A program made the position numbers and the translations under genes. Below, in pieces: positions 14,331 to 26,673 of a stretch of DNA of 64,000 bases (positions are counted from its first letter, which is position 1; the number at the start of each line of letters is the position of its first letter). The notes under the pieces were generated by a model. It ran no database searches, had not been told where the DNA came from, and saw only the letters and a program-made list of their open reading frames with translations. The DNA comes from Haliotis rubra (lineage: Eukaryota): assembly GCF_003918875.1 (NCBI RefSeq), contig NW_025766966.1, positions 744,001-808,000 of the forward strand. The letters are read 5' to 3'.

Positions 14331-14952
14331 TGTCAGTGACGTTGACTGCAGAATGCTAATTATGAATTTAACCCCCGACCTGTTATAGTGATGATCTAAT
14401 CACAACAACCATTAGAACACATTGGATCTGATCGCCTATCCCCAGCAGATATGATCATGTCTTCTCCATTTGCTAATACCATACGGATCAGGAAATACGT
14501 CTTGATAATTCCTAATAACCCTTATTATATATGCATAAATGTAACGAACCGCTGACTACAAATATTACACATATGTAAATGACAGATTGAAAATAACGTG
14601 GTAGTTTTTTCCGAAACCAAAGGATAAATCACAGTGATTACAGCACATGACATAAAATATTCCTTGATGATGTTGTTGGTAAGTATCTCTAAATGCACAG
14701 AAATGTCAACCTCATTCCACGTAATTAAGGCTTCTAACATAATCACAGATATATTACACGTCTTCCCAGTGAATATATTTTAATGTAAGATATATCATAA
14801 TACTACTCAAAAGAACACCCCTCAGTTACCATAGTAATTCTTTCATGCCAATGCAATAAATACACCTGATGTTCTCATGTAGCTGTAGTTAATCATGTTA
14901 AGTCAGGAATATACAGTCTTCTTTAACTTCACGCGAGTAGTATACATGCAGG

Positions 14953-15835
14953 TCAGCCACAACACAGACACTTGAGGGCCTGACGGATCTCTCTACAGCA
15001 GAGCCAGCAGACTGGGACCAGGAAGGACTTGGCAAGGATAAGCCACATTGCCACCTGACTAACCACGTGCAGCTGGCTGCACTTCCGGTGGGTAGGGCAG
15101 GGGTAGGCGATGGTGGCGAACTCCAGGACGAAGTATGGCGTGTACAAGGCAATAGTGATGAAGATGGACGAAATGGCGTCAATAGGTACCTGGATGTGCT
15201 CACCATAGAACAAGAGATTCCGGGACAGGTATCCTGGAAGATGGACGTACACCACCAGAATGGCTGATGCTAAAATACATAACAGTTGTGGAAAGTAACT
15301 GAAAATTACGTACAGGTTGGCCGATGTTTCATCACTCACTACCCTCGTACATGCAAGCACAAATGATGAGTTACGGGGTGATGTTGCGCCAAAGTACAGC
15401 GGTACCAGTGTAATAATCGACAGTAGCCAGATAACGAATCCCAGAACCATCGGCATGATGACCTCAGCTTTGTTGGGAGCGTAGAGATGATGTGACGTTA
15501 TTCTGTGGATGTAGAAGACGTTGACGAGGAAGAGGCCGAGACAGGTGACTGACGGAACCAGGGACGTCCGGAACAGCACCAGCGTGTTGTAGGTATGGCA
15601 GGAGAAGATCCACTCCTGTCTGATGGAGACGTCCAGAAGAAGCGGACACACTAGAACCCCCATGAGGAGGTCTCCCACAGCAACATTCAGGATGAGGAGG
15701 TGTTTTGTGGACTGCCTGAGGACAGGGGAGGTGGTGATGAGGAGTATCAACAGCACGTTGAAAGTAATAATGAGCAAGGTGAACAGCAAGAGAAGTCCTT
15801 GACCTTCATGCCTCTCAGTGCCCCCCCAACAGCAT
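14953..15835 (-). CDS. Divergent class A (rhodopsin-like) orphan 7TM GPCR
   Basis: Seven hydrophobic segments: TM1 N, TM2 NVAVGDLLMG..CP, TM3 Cys, TM4 W, TM6 LYTPYF, TM7 WLILAKSFLVP, helix 8 EIRQALK and a CLCC tail. The frame is open over 14953-15834. The ATG at 15835 becomes in frame if the C7 run at 15821-15827 is one base shorter. Confidence 0.8.
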
Positions 15836-16167
15836 CTGCAACCACAAAATTCATATTACGCCAGATTTTTCTTAAAACCCGGTTCATTTACCTTCTAAAA
15901 CAAATGTGAAACAAAGCTAGAAAAATAAACACATTATTTAAAATACTGATAACATACCGTTTTAAAAGTACTTTTCTTACAAACTTCAAAACATGAGATA
16001 TAACAGATCGCGACAGTAAATGACCAACCGAGATTAAATTTAATTTATTTCTCTAACCTTCATATTTGTGGACTTCAGTTTTGGATTTAAAAATGTGTAA
16101 ATGGAGTCACCCACACTTTTTCTGTGCGGGGTGCGGGAATGAACCTAGATAGCTATTTAGCAATGTT

Positions 16168-16322
16168 AGGGCGGTGGGGTAGCCTAGTGGTCAAAGCGTT
16201 GGCTCGTCACGCCGAAGACCCGGGTTCGAATCCCCACATGGGTAAAATGTGTGAAGCCCATTTCTGGTGTCCCCCGCCGTGATGTTGCTGGAATATTGCT
16301 AAAAGCAAAAACTCAGTCAGTC
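16168..16322 (+). mobile_element. tRNA-derived SINE family A (representative near-consensus copy)
   Basis: A-box GTAGCCTAGTGG, B-box GGTTCGAATCC and tail gctggaatattgctaaaagc. Other copies at about 13241, 17585-18012 (x3), 20768(-), 21111/22140, 23019, 30652(-), 34108(-), 34443, 37152(-), 39604, 45688(-), 52441(-) and 63441. Confidence 0.85.
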
Positions 16323-17584
16323 AGCAATGTTACGTATTCATTCGCAATGTTACTATTTCATTGTTGTTGTTGTTTTTAAATGACTGATTTCATGAATAAT
16401 ATACTATAAAACGATGACCGACCATACACTTTGGCATCTGATGATGTTCTGTCGATGGTGTAATTTGCGTTTTATCACCCGTAGCCTCGTAACCCGAATC
16501 CAGCCCTCTCACCGTTCGAATACCACGTGAGGAATTGTGAGCACATTTATGCCTCTACCGCTTGTATTACAAAGGGCGACAGTTCCCACAAACACATACC
16601 AAGTCTGCCAACTATGGCAATCAGTGCCAAGAATTCTGGAGAATGCCATCTCCACTGTATGGGGTTGACGATCCACGTCAACGCTGATGAATGTTACCGT
16701 ATGTTACAACGCCTGATCCCTGTCAGGGGTGCTTGATCCCAGTATTGCTCTCCATGTTGTTGACAATTGGATGTTATCCAAATATTATCAACGAAGATTG
16801 TTGACCCCGAATTATGGCTTATTGTTATTTTGACGTGTGTGTTTTGAACTTTACGAATATAAAGTTTTGAAACTTACGCGTATGAAGGATTACACATTCT
16901 TTGATTCTTTCAAACGCTTCATACGTAAGTTTCATAATTCTAGGTTTTGATTTACTACTTTCTGTTAATAAATATATCTTAATGAAATGTATTAATAGAT
17001 AAGAACGCGTTACCGTTATAAAATCTGACTTTATTGGTCCGAGAGTTCGTGAAACATGACGTAGACACCCAGAGTTGCATCTTGGCCCAGGTTTATGATC
17101 TTGGCACAAGACTCGTGCCCGTGGGTTAACACAGTGGGAAAGGTAACCTACATCTCCCGGGTACGCATTCCTCGTCAACATACACCTGAGCCATTAGACG
17201 GGGACCATTAGTCTCTCTGACATTTCCTGAACCATATTATATACCTTCCGACAAGTCCACACTGTCAGGATACAGTTATCAAGTCTATATTTTCCACAGG
17301 TTTTGAATCTTCGCTCTCAGTGGACCTCCTTTTCAGTTTAATTTCAGTGTATTTTTTTAAAATAAAAATTATATATTTTCAGACGCTTAGCGTTTGTCTA
17401 CGCTTGAGTCATTCCGCATTCAACGTTCACCACGTCCAAAATCTAAATGCCGCTCTAACTAGAAATAACCTATAACTTCAAAGCACAGTTTTAAGATCTA
17501 CATCGGAAGTGGAAGACTGATTCAATTAACATGTATCAGTATTCAGCAGCTTCTAGAGGTTAGATCTTCCTTCTAACTGTTATA

Positions 17585-18012
17585 GGAGCGGTGGGGTAGC
17601 CTGGTTAAAGACCCGGGTTCGATTCCTCACATGGGTACATTGTGTGAAGCCTATTTTGGTGTCCCCTGACGTGATCTTGTGGGGAAATTGCTACAAGCGG
17701 AAAAAAACATACTCACTCACTCACTCTAATTGTTATAGAGGCGGTGGGATAGCCTAGTGGATCGATTCCCCACATGGGTACAATGTGTGAAGCCCATTCC
17801 TGGTGTCCCCGCCGTGCTGTTGCTGGAATATTGCTAAAAGCGGCATCAAACCATACTCACTCACTCTAATTGTTATAGAGGCGGTAGGGTTGCCAAGTAG
17901 ATAAAGACCCGGGTTCGATTCCTCACATGGGTACAATGTGTGCAGCCTATTTTTGGTGTTCCCTGACGCTTGACGTGATGTTGCTGGAATATTGCTAAAA
18001 GCGGCGTAAAAC
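17585..18012 (+). mobile_element. Three head-to-tail SINE-A copies separated by the same 12-bp target sequence
   Basis: ctaa(c/t)tg(t/c)tata occurs before, between and after the three copies. Confidence 0.8.
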
Positions 18013-18902
18013 CGTTCTAATTGCTATATAACCTTTACCAAGAATTTTGATTTTGCCTTGAAGTTAGACAGTGCTGTATTTCGAGCTTTGAAGATGCTGT
18101 GTTTCCTTTACAGCATGGCGTGTCAGATAGAGGTTGGAGAAGAGCCGAAAAATTCGCATGTTTTTGACACACGAATACGGCAAAATATGGGTGACGAGAT
18201 CTCCCAGATTTACACACAGGAATTTGAACCAATGCGCCAGTGTAGATAGGGGACGCATATCCTGCTACAGCGTCTGTAAATACCTCTGAGCCACTGTTCC
18301 ATGATGCATACAGTGTTGTGTAACAGGAAGTGACTACACTATTGATAGCGGTCATTGTCCGCTCGAGACAAACGCACGTGCATATTATACACTGCCAAGT
18401 AGATCTTGGAAGGATTCCCTGGCCACTCAAAAAACGCAGTTATCTCTTTCGACAGTGCTTCCATACACAGTGAAAACATTGGTATCTATGTGTTTTTGAG
18501 TATCTCATAGACACTTGCGACTGTCTCAAAACAGCTGATATGTCAGTCTGTGACGTGTTTAATTATTTAGTGCAGTTCTGGTCGTACTCGTGGAAAGCGA
18601 TATTTCAGCTGGTTTTTAGCGTTGATGCGTTCACTAGCCCAGAATACGACTGCTTTCTGTTGACAGTCGCAGTGTTTGGATAGACCATATTTGCTAGTTT
18701 TAACAATATCAATACGTATAAGCAACATTAATATGAGCAAAGAGGCGACAAACGGGATCGGGTGGTCAGATTCGCTAACTTGGTTGACACATGTCAACTG
18801 GGACTCCCTGGGACTCATACTCTTAATTTTCAGGGGTCCTGGACTACAAAATGGGGGTCCCAGACACTTAAATACTATTATTAATACTATGTTTTAATAT
18901 GA

Positions 18903-19151
18903 GGTGAGTGAGTGATTTTAGTTTTACGCCGCACTCAGCAATATTCCAGCTATATGGCGGCGGTCTGTAAATAATCGAGTCTGGACCAGACAATCCAGTG
19001 ATCAACACCATGAGCATCGATCTGCGCAATTGGGAACCGATGACATGTGTCAACCAAGTCAGCGAGCCTGACCACCCGATCCCGTTAGTCGCCTCTTATG
19101 ACAAGCATGGGTTACTGAAGATCAATATTCTAACCCGGACCTTCACGGGTC
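18903..19151 (-). mobile_element. SINE family B (no tRNA head; 5' region resembling the Meta/MESC domain), representative copy
   Basis: 13-bp TSD tgttttaatatga, core ttgtc(g/a)taagaggcgactaa, and a 3' tail shared with SINE-A. Other copies at about 3683, 19650, 29621, 33143, 36493(-), 43766, 48175(-), 51290, 54591 and 55324. The domain name is from memory. Confidence 0.8.
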
Positions 19152-21161
19152 TGTTTTAATATGACAACGTATGGTATGGATTTACAACTTCTTTAATATT
19201 TACAACACGATGTTTCTGGGCTACTTCTTGCCCCTTCATCTAAATCCATACCATACCAGAACAGAATAGACCTTCAGAACCCCGTGACATCAGCAGGAAC
19301 AGACTAAACATATAATATGGGGGATAAAGCGTGGAATGGATCAGTGCTCATGCTATCAACCGCTGACCATATTGTCGACTAATTATATCGATGTGTAACG
19401 CTGCATTCAGCAATATTCCAGCTGCATGACGACAATCAGTAAATAATCATGAAAACATGTGCATTGCCATTGGTCTACATAACTGGGTAGGTCACGTCCA
19501 TCGAGATGACGAATTAGTGATACTGAGCTCTTCCCGTTCAGCTTTATAATCAGTTCGCAGTGTGTTTATAATAGTGAAGTTTCCATGTTTTCATGGAACG
19601 TATAATACCGAGTATTTACTCTTCATCCCATTTTATTTGTACAATGTTACCCGTGAAGATCGGGAATTGGTCTTCAGTAACCCATGCTTGTCGCAGTAGT
19701 CGACTAATGGGATAAGGTGGTCAGGCTCGCTGACTTGGTTGACATGTCATCGTTTCCCAACTTCGTAGATCGATGCTAATGCTGTTAATCACTGGATTGT
19801 CTGGTACAGACTCAATTATTTACATACCGCCGCCATATAGCTGGAATAGTGCGGCGTTAAACAAAAACCCAAATATATGTTGAATGTTTATATATCCCGC
19901 GAGCTTTGAATTATTCTCCAGAAACACATGTAAGTCAAAAGAGACGACTCATGGAAACGGGTGAGGAGTGTCGGTGACTTGATCTATGCATTTTATCAAT
20001 TCCCAATTGATTAGATCAATGCTCATGATGTCACTGGCCCAAGTCCATTATTTGCAGACCGACAGCTGAATATTGTTGAGTGCGGCGTTAAAATGTGTAT
20101 AATGTTATTCATCAATTTTCCAACATATGTTGCTATTTGTACATCCTTACCTGAGAGGATGCACTGTACAGTATATATTCTGATACTGTTTCCGGAAGGA
20201 AAATAGGTGAGTCAGCGTTCTGTTTTACTGTAGAAATAGTGTCCACCTACCTGTTGGTACTGAGGGCCCCCTGGGTGAGACACAAACATATCTAGGTGAG
20301 CCGGAGACAACATGTCGGTGCTTCTCTACAGCCGCCAGTCAAGGAGTATCTGACTGAAGTAAGCGATGGTGTCGTGACGCGACACCAGCCGTCTGTGAGA
20401 GCGGGGACAGCAGTGTGGCAGCCAGCCGGAAGCAGCGCTCTGCCATCGTAGAAATGCCTGAGAGTTGTCTGGTTTCTTCCTTTGTTATTGCAGGAATAAC
20501 CCAACAATGCAAATAAAACAAATGGACACATGAACATATTGCAGAAAATGGTTACAGAGCCTACAGTAGCCTACACGGTCTTGATGTCAAAGGGTGGTCT
20601 TGTGGTGAAAGTGTTTGCTCGTAACATCTCCCGGGTTCGATTCCCACATGGTTGCAGTATGTGGGGAACACGTACTCTTCAAATGTTCACTTTCATCAGA
20701 ACGCTTAACTAGTCCTGTATTTCTGAACGTTTCTAGAACACCGTCCGGGTACTGACAACACGAGTACGTGAGTGAGCCAGATTATACGCCGCTTTTAGCA
20801 ATATTCCAGCAATATCGCGGCGTGGTACTCCAGAAATAGGCTTCACACACTGTACCCATGTGGGGAATCGAACCCTGGTCTTTCGAGCGACGAGCGGACG
20901 CTTTAACCACTACGCTATACCACTGATCAGCATAATATGACTTATTTCCTTCAATGTACCCCAGTATTTATGGTTTGATGTCGGGCGTCAGGCAGGCCTG
21001 TTGTGGAGACTGAGATATGTTTTCTTCTTCTCAAATTCAACGCATGTCTATTTAACCCAACTACCCAGTTATATTACTACAACCTCAGGCACTACACCTC
21101 CACCTTACTGGGGCGGCTGGGTAGCCTAGTGGTTAAAGCGTTAGCTTGTCACCCCGAAGAC

Positions 21162-22135
21162 TTCAGTCATCATACCCCCATCTTCCTACAGCCTTAGTCA
21201 CCATACCCCCATCTTACTACAGCCTCACTCACCATACCCCCACCTTACTACAGCCTCAGTCACCATACCCCCTTCTTACTACAGCCTCAGTCATCATACC
21301 CATACCTTACTAAAGCCTCAGTCATCATACCCCCACCTTACTACAGCCTCAGTCATCATACCACAACGTTACTTCAGCCTCACTCATAATACTCCCACCT
21401 TACTACAGCCTCAGTCATCATACCCCCATCTTACTACAACCTCAGTCATCATACCCCACCTTACTACAGCCTCAGTCATCATACCACCACCTTACTAAAG
21501 CCTCAGTCACCATACCCCACCTTACTTCAGCCTCACTCATGATACTCCCACCTTACTACAGCCTCAGTCATCATACCCCCACCTTACTACAGCATCAGTC
21601 ATCATACCCCCACCTTAGTACAGCCTCAGTCGCCATACCCCCACCTTACTACAGCCTCAGTCATCATACCCCCACCTTACTACAGCCTCAGCATTACTAC
21701 AGCCTCAGTCATCATACCCCCACCTTAGTACAGCCTCAGTCATCATACCCCACCTTACTACAGCCTCAGTCATCATACCCCCCACCTTACCAGTCACATA
21801 CAGCCTCAGTCATCATACCCCACCTTACTACAGCCTCAGTCATCATACATACCACACTTTACTACAGCCTCAGTCATCATACCCCACCTTACTACAGCCT
21901 CAGTCATCATACCCCCACCTTACTACAGCCTCAGTCATCATACCCCACCTTACTACAGCCTCAGTCATCATACCCCCACCTAACTACAGCGTCAGTCATC
22001 ATACCCCACCTTACTACAGCCTCAGTCATCATACCCCACCTTACTACAGCCTCAGTCATCATACCATACACCTTACTACAGCCTCAGTCATCATACCATA
22101 CACCTTACTACAGCCTCAGTCACCATACCCTCATT
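21162..22135. repeat. 30-31 bp minisatellite (cagtcatcatacccc(c)accttactacagcct), ~30 copies, inside a split SINE-A
   Basis: Direct tandem units are visible. The SINE head is at 21111-21161 and the tail at ~22140-22190. Confidence 0.92.
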
Positions 22136-22930
22136 TTACCGCCGTGATATTGCTGGAGTATTGCTAAAAGCGGCGTAAAACTAAACTTCACCTATCTTAC
22201 TACAGCTAAAGGCCCAGTTGCTTTCGGCCGCTTGTGTAACTGTCACCGTCATCATGTATTCACTGTCAGTGTCCTCGAGACGTCAGTTTCCGAAGTGTGT
22301 GTAAGTCGCCCCATTCAACTTTGTTATGCCTTTACTGTCCCTGTCTTAATCCTCAGCCTGTCTTGGGTCTTGAATGGCCTCATCCGTGGAAGTAAGTGAA
22401 CTAAACGTTCGTAAAATCACACAACCCATGCCCGATGCTCGAACGGCACTATTCGAAAGTGTAGAATTGGGACCTCACGGAGCACCCCTCCCTTTCATGT
22501 ACATGTATATAAGAATGGATTATTGCGTGGTTATTGTAACTGGGGGGCGTCTAGTTTGCCTCACAAAGTCTCGGTTTCGCTGCCGTAATACACACTATGT
22601 CTATATATAGCGGCGTAAAACAGCATGCGGCCAAACACTGTTGGACACCATGGGTATATATCTATTAATAACCTACTACAGTAGCTACGAGGAAGTACGG
22701 AATATCCGTTCGGTGTCAAGATCCGAGTCTTCCGTACTGTATCTTACCCACCGTCATATCACTGAGGAACTAGCTGTTAATCATTAGTTTCCTGGTCTCA
22801 GTATATTGTCATCTATGACGTTCCTATAGGTATCTTCGCAAACAGTGGAACAACTGATATAGACTGGCGAGTCTTTCTTTTAGTTAAAGGTGCTCTTAAC
22901 GTTGAATCCGCTGAGCAGAATGCATAACTC

Positions 22931-23630
22931 CTGTGTTGGACTATTTGTAGGCCAGTTAACCGCATAGAGTGTATCGGGGTTGTGTTGACCAGTTAACCCC
23001 ACGGGTTGCATAGGGACTGTGGTGTCCTCCGCCGTGATATTGCTGGAATATTGCTATAAGCAGCGAAAAACTAAACTCACTCACGTATAGGGACTGTGTT
23101 GAACTATATGTTGGCTAGTTAACCCAGCAGGGTGTATCGGGACTGTGTTGGACTATATGTTGGCGAGTTGACCCAGCAGGGTGTATCGGGACTGTGTCCG
23201 ACTATATGTTGGCCAGTTAACCCAGCAGGTTGTATCGGGACTGTGTTGGACTATATGTTGGCGAGTTGACCCAGCAGGGTGTATCGGGACTGTGTTGGAC
23301 TATATGTTGGCCAGTTGACCCAGCAGGGTGTATCGGGACTGTGTTGGACTATATGTTGGCCAGTTAACCCAGCAGGTTGTATCGGGACTGTGTTGGACTA
23401 TATGTTGGCCAGTTGACCCAGCAGGGATCTGTGTTGGACTATATGTTGGCCAGTTGACCCAGCAGGTTGTATCGGGACTGTGTTGGACTATATGTTGGCC
23501 AGTTGACCCAGCAGGTTGTATCGGGACTGTGTTGGACTATATGTTGGCCAGTTGACCCAGCAGGGTGTATCGGGACTGTGTTGGACTATATGTTGGCCAG
23601 TTGACCCAGCAGGGTGTATCGGGTGTATCG
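22931..23630. repeat. 49-bp minisatellite (gggactgtgttggactatatgttggccagttgacccagcagggtgtatc), ~11 clean copies plus degenerate units
   Basis: Period 49 (e.g. 23139 and 23188). A 5'-truncated SINE-A is inserted at ~23019-23084 with an atagggactgt duplication. Confidence 0.92.
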
Positions 23631-26600
23631 AAATACTTTTTCTTACTCGTATAAAGTACAATTAACTGCCAATTTGAATAATGACCCTCTAAATTCTTTC
23701 AAATATCAAAAACGCATAGCCGATTTTGCTCCTTCTCAGAAAACATCGAAAATAATGCTACAATATTCCCTAATTTCGCAGTTTCTTGGTAAAACTTGAC
23801 AACATATGAAATATTTGATAAATAAGCTTTCAAAATGTGTATAATATTCCGCACATAGAGTGTTCGTTTCTTTACACGAGAGTTAAACGTACCCTCACCC
23901 TCACCCTCACTGTACAAGTTGATAGCCGCTAATACAGTGGTTGATAGCGGTTGGTAGCGGTTGGTTGATAGCGCTTTCAAAATAAATCACTGTAAGGTTT
24001 CTAGTTAGTTCATGTTATCATTTCTAAGTAATTGAAGTTCTTAATTAAATATTTTGCTTCATTTTCTTAAGGTACTGCTGAATTCAACACAGACCCACAA
24101 TATGAACACTTCAATTTGCTATTATTGTGATTTTCGGAGAAATCCTTTCAACATTATCATTGACCACTGTATTATCAACCACCCATCCAGTGAATTCAAA
24201 TTCAAATTCCAATATCATGACGACACAACCCAAAAACCTTATCTAGAAAAAAATAATTCAAAATTATACCAGAAGTATTAAAATCTGAAGGAAAGTACAT
24301 TGTACTTTGTAATGACAACAAAATAGAAATCATCAAGCATATGAGGATTAATTGTAGAATCATGTGTCATGATGTTTAATTTGCATAACTACCGGAAATG
24401 TCTGTCTTGCCACGCATGCGTCCTCTCCTTTCCGTCCCGCCTGCCATGCTTGTGCGGCGTATATCATAACCTTCATCTTTTAAGTTTTAGTATAATCAAC
24501 TTTGGACTTATGCCATCGAAACGTAAGTGTTCCACTTGTAAAGAAGCTTTATCTGGACACGACGGGCCTTCCGGACGCTTCTGCAAACAGAATGAAGACA
24601 ACCTTTACCTCGTAGACGAAAGTTCCTTTGCTGCACTGCAGCGGCAGGCTGGACGGGTGCGCGACCGAAGACACCGGCTCCGTGAAACGAGAACTTCAGG
24701 ATAGTCTCCCTTTGCCTCAGGACGGGCAGAAATCTGCACTGGTCTCGGACTTAAATGAAACGATTCAGGCTTTAGAACGTCAAGACAGGGAGTTAGTGTC
24801 ACAAATCTCAGCAGTGCGGCTGACTGGGAAAAAGCAGTCAGCAGTTCCCTTATCATCGTTGAGGAAGGACAGGACTGCCGTCAGCAGAGCGGACAGCAGA
24901 GCTCGTCAACTATTAGAATTAGACAGAAGTACTGATTTGTCCTTAATCAGGTTTCATATTCTATACTGAAACACAGGAAGTGATTAAGCTGTTTTCGATG
25001 TTGCTTGGCCACAAGAATATTATTCTGGGAGTGAAACACACATAATCCAATATGTTGAACTTTCATGCTACAAAGACAGTAGAGCTAACCACCTCATACA
25101 GTGCACGTTTTGTGTTGAGAAATTCCTGTGGGCAAATGTTTTGCGTTTCCATCAAGATGTACTGCATGAGATTGAAAGTGGTCGTGCCACATGGAGTGAT
25201 AGTTTTGAACATATAAAGGCCAGGAGACTTTTGGACCCCTTACCTGCCTTCTACTGTGGCTCTTTGCAGCAAAAATGACAGGAGCACAAGAATGCTCTTG
25301 GGCATCTGGAACAACATATTTGCAGCCAATGCCGCACACGTCGCCGGGTTTCTGCGAATCATCCAGCTAAAGACTGCAAGCAGGTTAACACACCTTCTAA
25401 CAGGAATGCTCAGGCCAATCAGTTCAGAAGAAACTCTGATCATCAATCATCAAGTAATGCTCAGATGGCATGACCTTTCAAGGACAACCCAATGTTTGCT
25501 CATAAATACTTCATTCAGTTACATGCTAAAATTTTCAACTCGGGACTTCTAAATTGCAAAGGCAAGCGGATACTTGTGGCCTCCAGTATTAATATAAACT
25601 TTCTCCGAAGAGAGCTTGTCAATTACAGGGATACCGAATTTTTAGATTTTATGACTTTTGGATGGCCAGTGGGCTACACGAAGTTGTCTCCTTCTTTACC
25701 AAAGGCTAGTCATCAGAATCATAGGTCAGCTATTAATTTCAAGGCACATACAGAAGATTTCATTGTGAAGGAACTTCACTATGGTGCCATTATGGCCCCT
25801 TTTGCCTCACAACCACTATGTTGTGAAATGATGTTGTCCCCTCTTATGTCAGTCCCTAAGAAAGACTCTCTTGAGAGACGAACAGTCATGGACTTGTCTT
25901 TTACTGGCAACACTTTTGTCAGAGATGGTATTCCTCAAGACAGTTTCCTAGGGGACCCTTTCAAACTACATTATCCATCCACTGATCATCTGATTCGCCT
26001 TATCAACAAGCATGGTGGAGGCTGCTTGCTATACAAGGTTGATATCAAACGGTGTTATCGTTGGATACCAGTAGACCCAGGAGATTATCACCTGCTAGGT
26101 TTCACATGGAACGGACAATTATATTTCGACACAAAGGTGCCCTTTGGAGTCCGGACAGGCGCTATGCAGCTCAGAGAACTACAAATGCCCTCATGTACAT
26201 ATTTGAACAAAGAGGTTATGAAGGAGTCAACTACATTGATGACATAACAAGCGCAGATACCACAAAAGCTGCGGAGGGTTTTAGAGTCTTGCAAAATCTC
26301 ATCATTGACATGGGGATGCTGCCAGCAGTGGAAAAATGCTCCTTCCCAACCACTCAGTTGGCATTTTTGGGCAAGAAATTTGACACTATGGCTATGACAC
26401 TAGCTATTCCTCCTGAAAAATTATAGGAAATCAAACAAGTGCTTCATAAGATGTTGTACAAGAAAACATGTACCAAACGGCAGTTACAGTCTCTGATTGG
26501 CAAGCTGGCTTACATATCAGACATAATCAGATCATCCAGGCTATTTATCGGTCGTCTCTTGGCTTTACTGCGTAGTGTGAAGAGTAACTTCCACCACATC

Positions 26601-26673
26601 AACATATCTCACGAGGCCAAGAAGGACATGCGATGGTTCTTAATATTCATGGAGGACTTCAATAGAGTATCAA

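Noticed and set aside
14990-15050. GPCR TM7 'LAKS' resembles the opsin retinal-binding lysine
   Set aside because: The Lys is 5 residues before the TM7 Pro (position 7.45), whereas the opsin Lys is 7 before (7.43). No other opsin motifs are present.
16168-16245. tRNA genes (A/B boxes, GTC anticodon-like loop)
   Set aside because: Every instance continues into a SINE body and tail, often with TSDs. These are SINE heads, not tRNA genes.
18035-18680. Short ORFs in a slightly coding-like stretch
   Set aside because: No recognisable motif or consistent splice sites. Probably a decayed repeat that I cannot assign.
21539-23555. Repetitive ORFs (also 41517-41813, 50971-51634, 56484-56852, 63214-63507)
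   Set aside because: They are translations of minisatellites, with no splice context or domain features.
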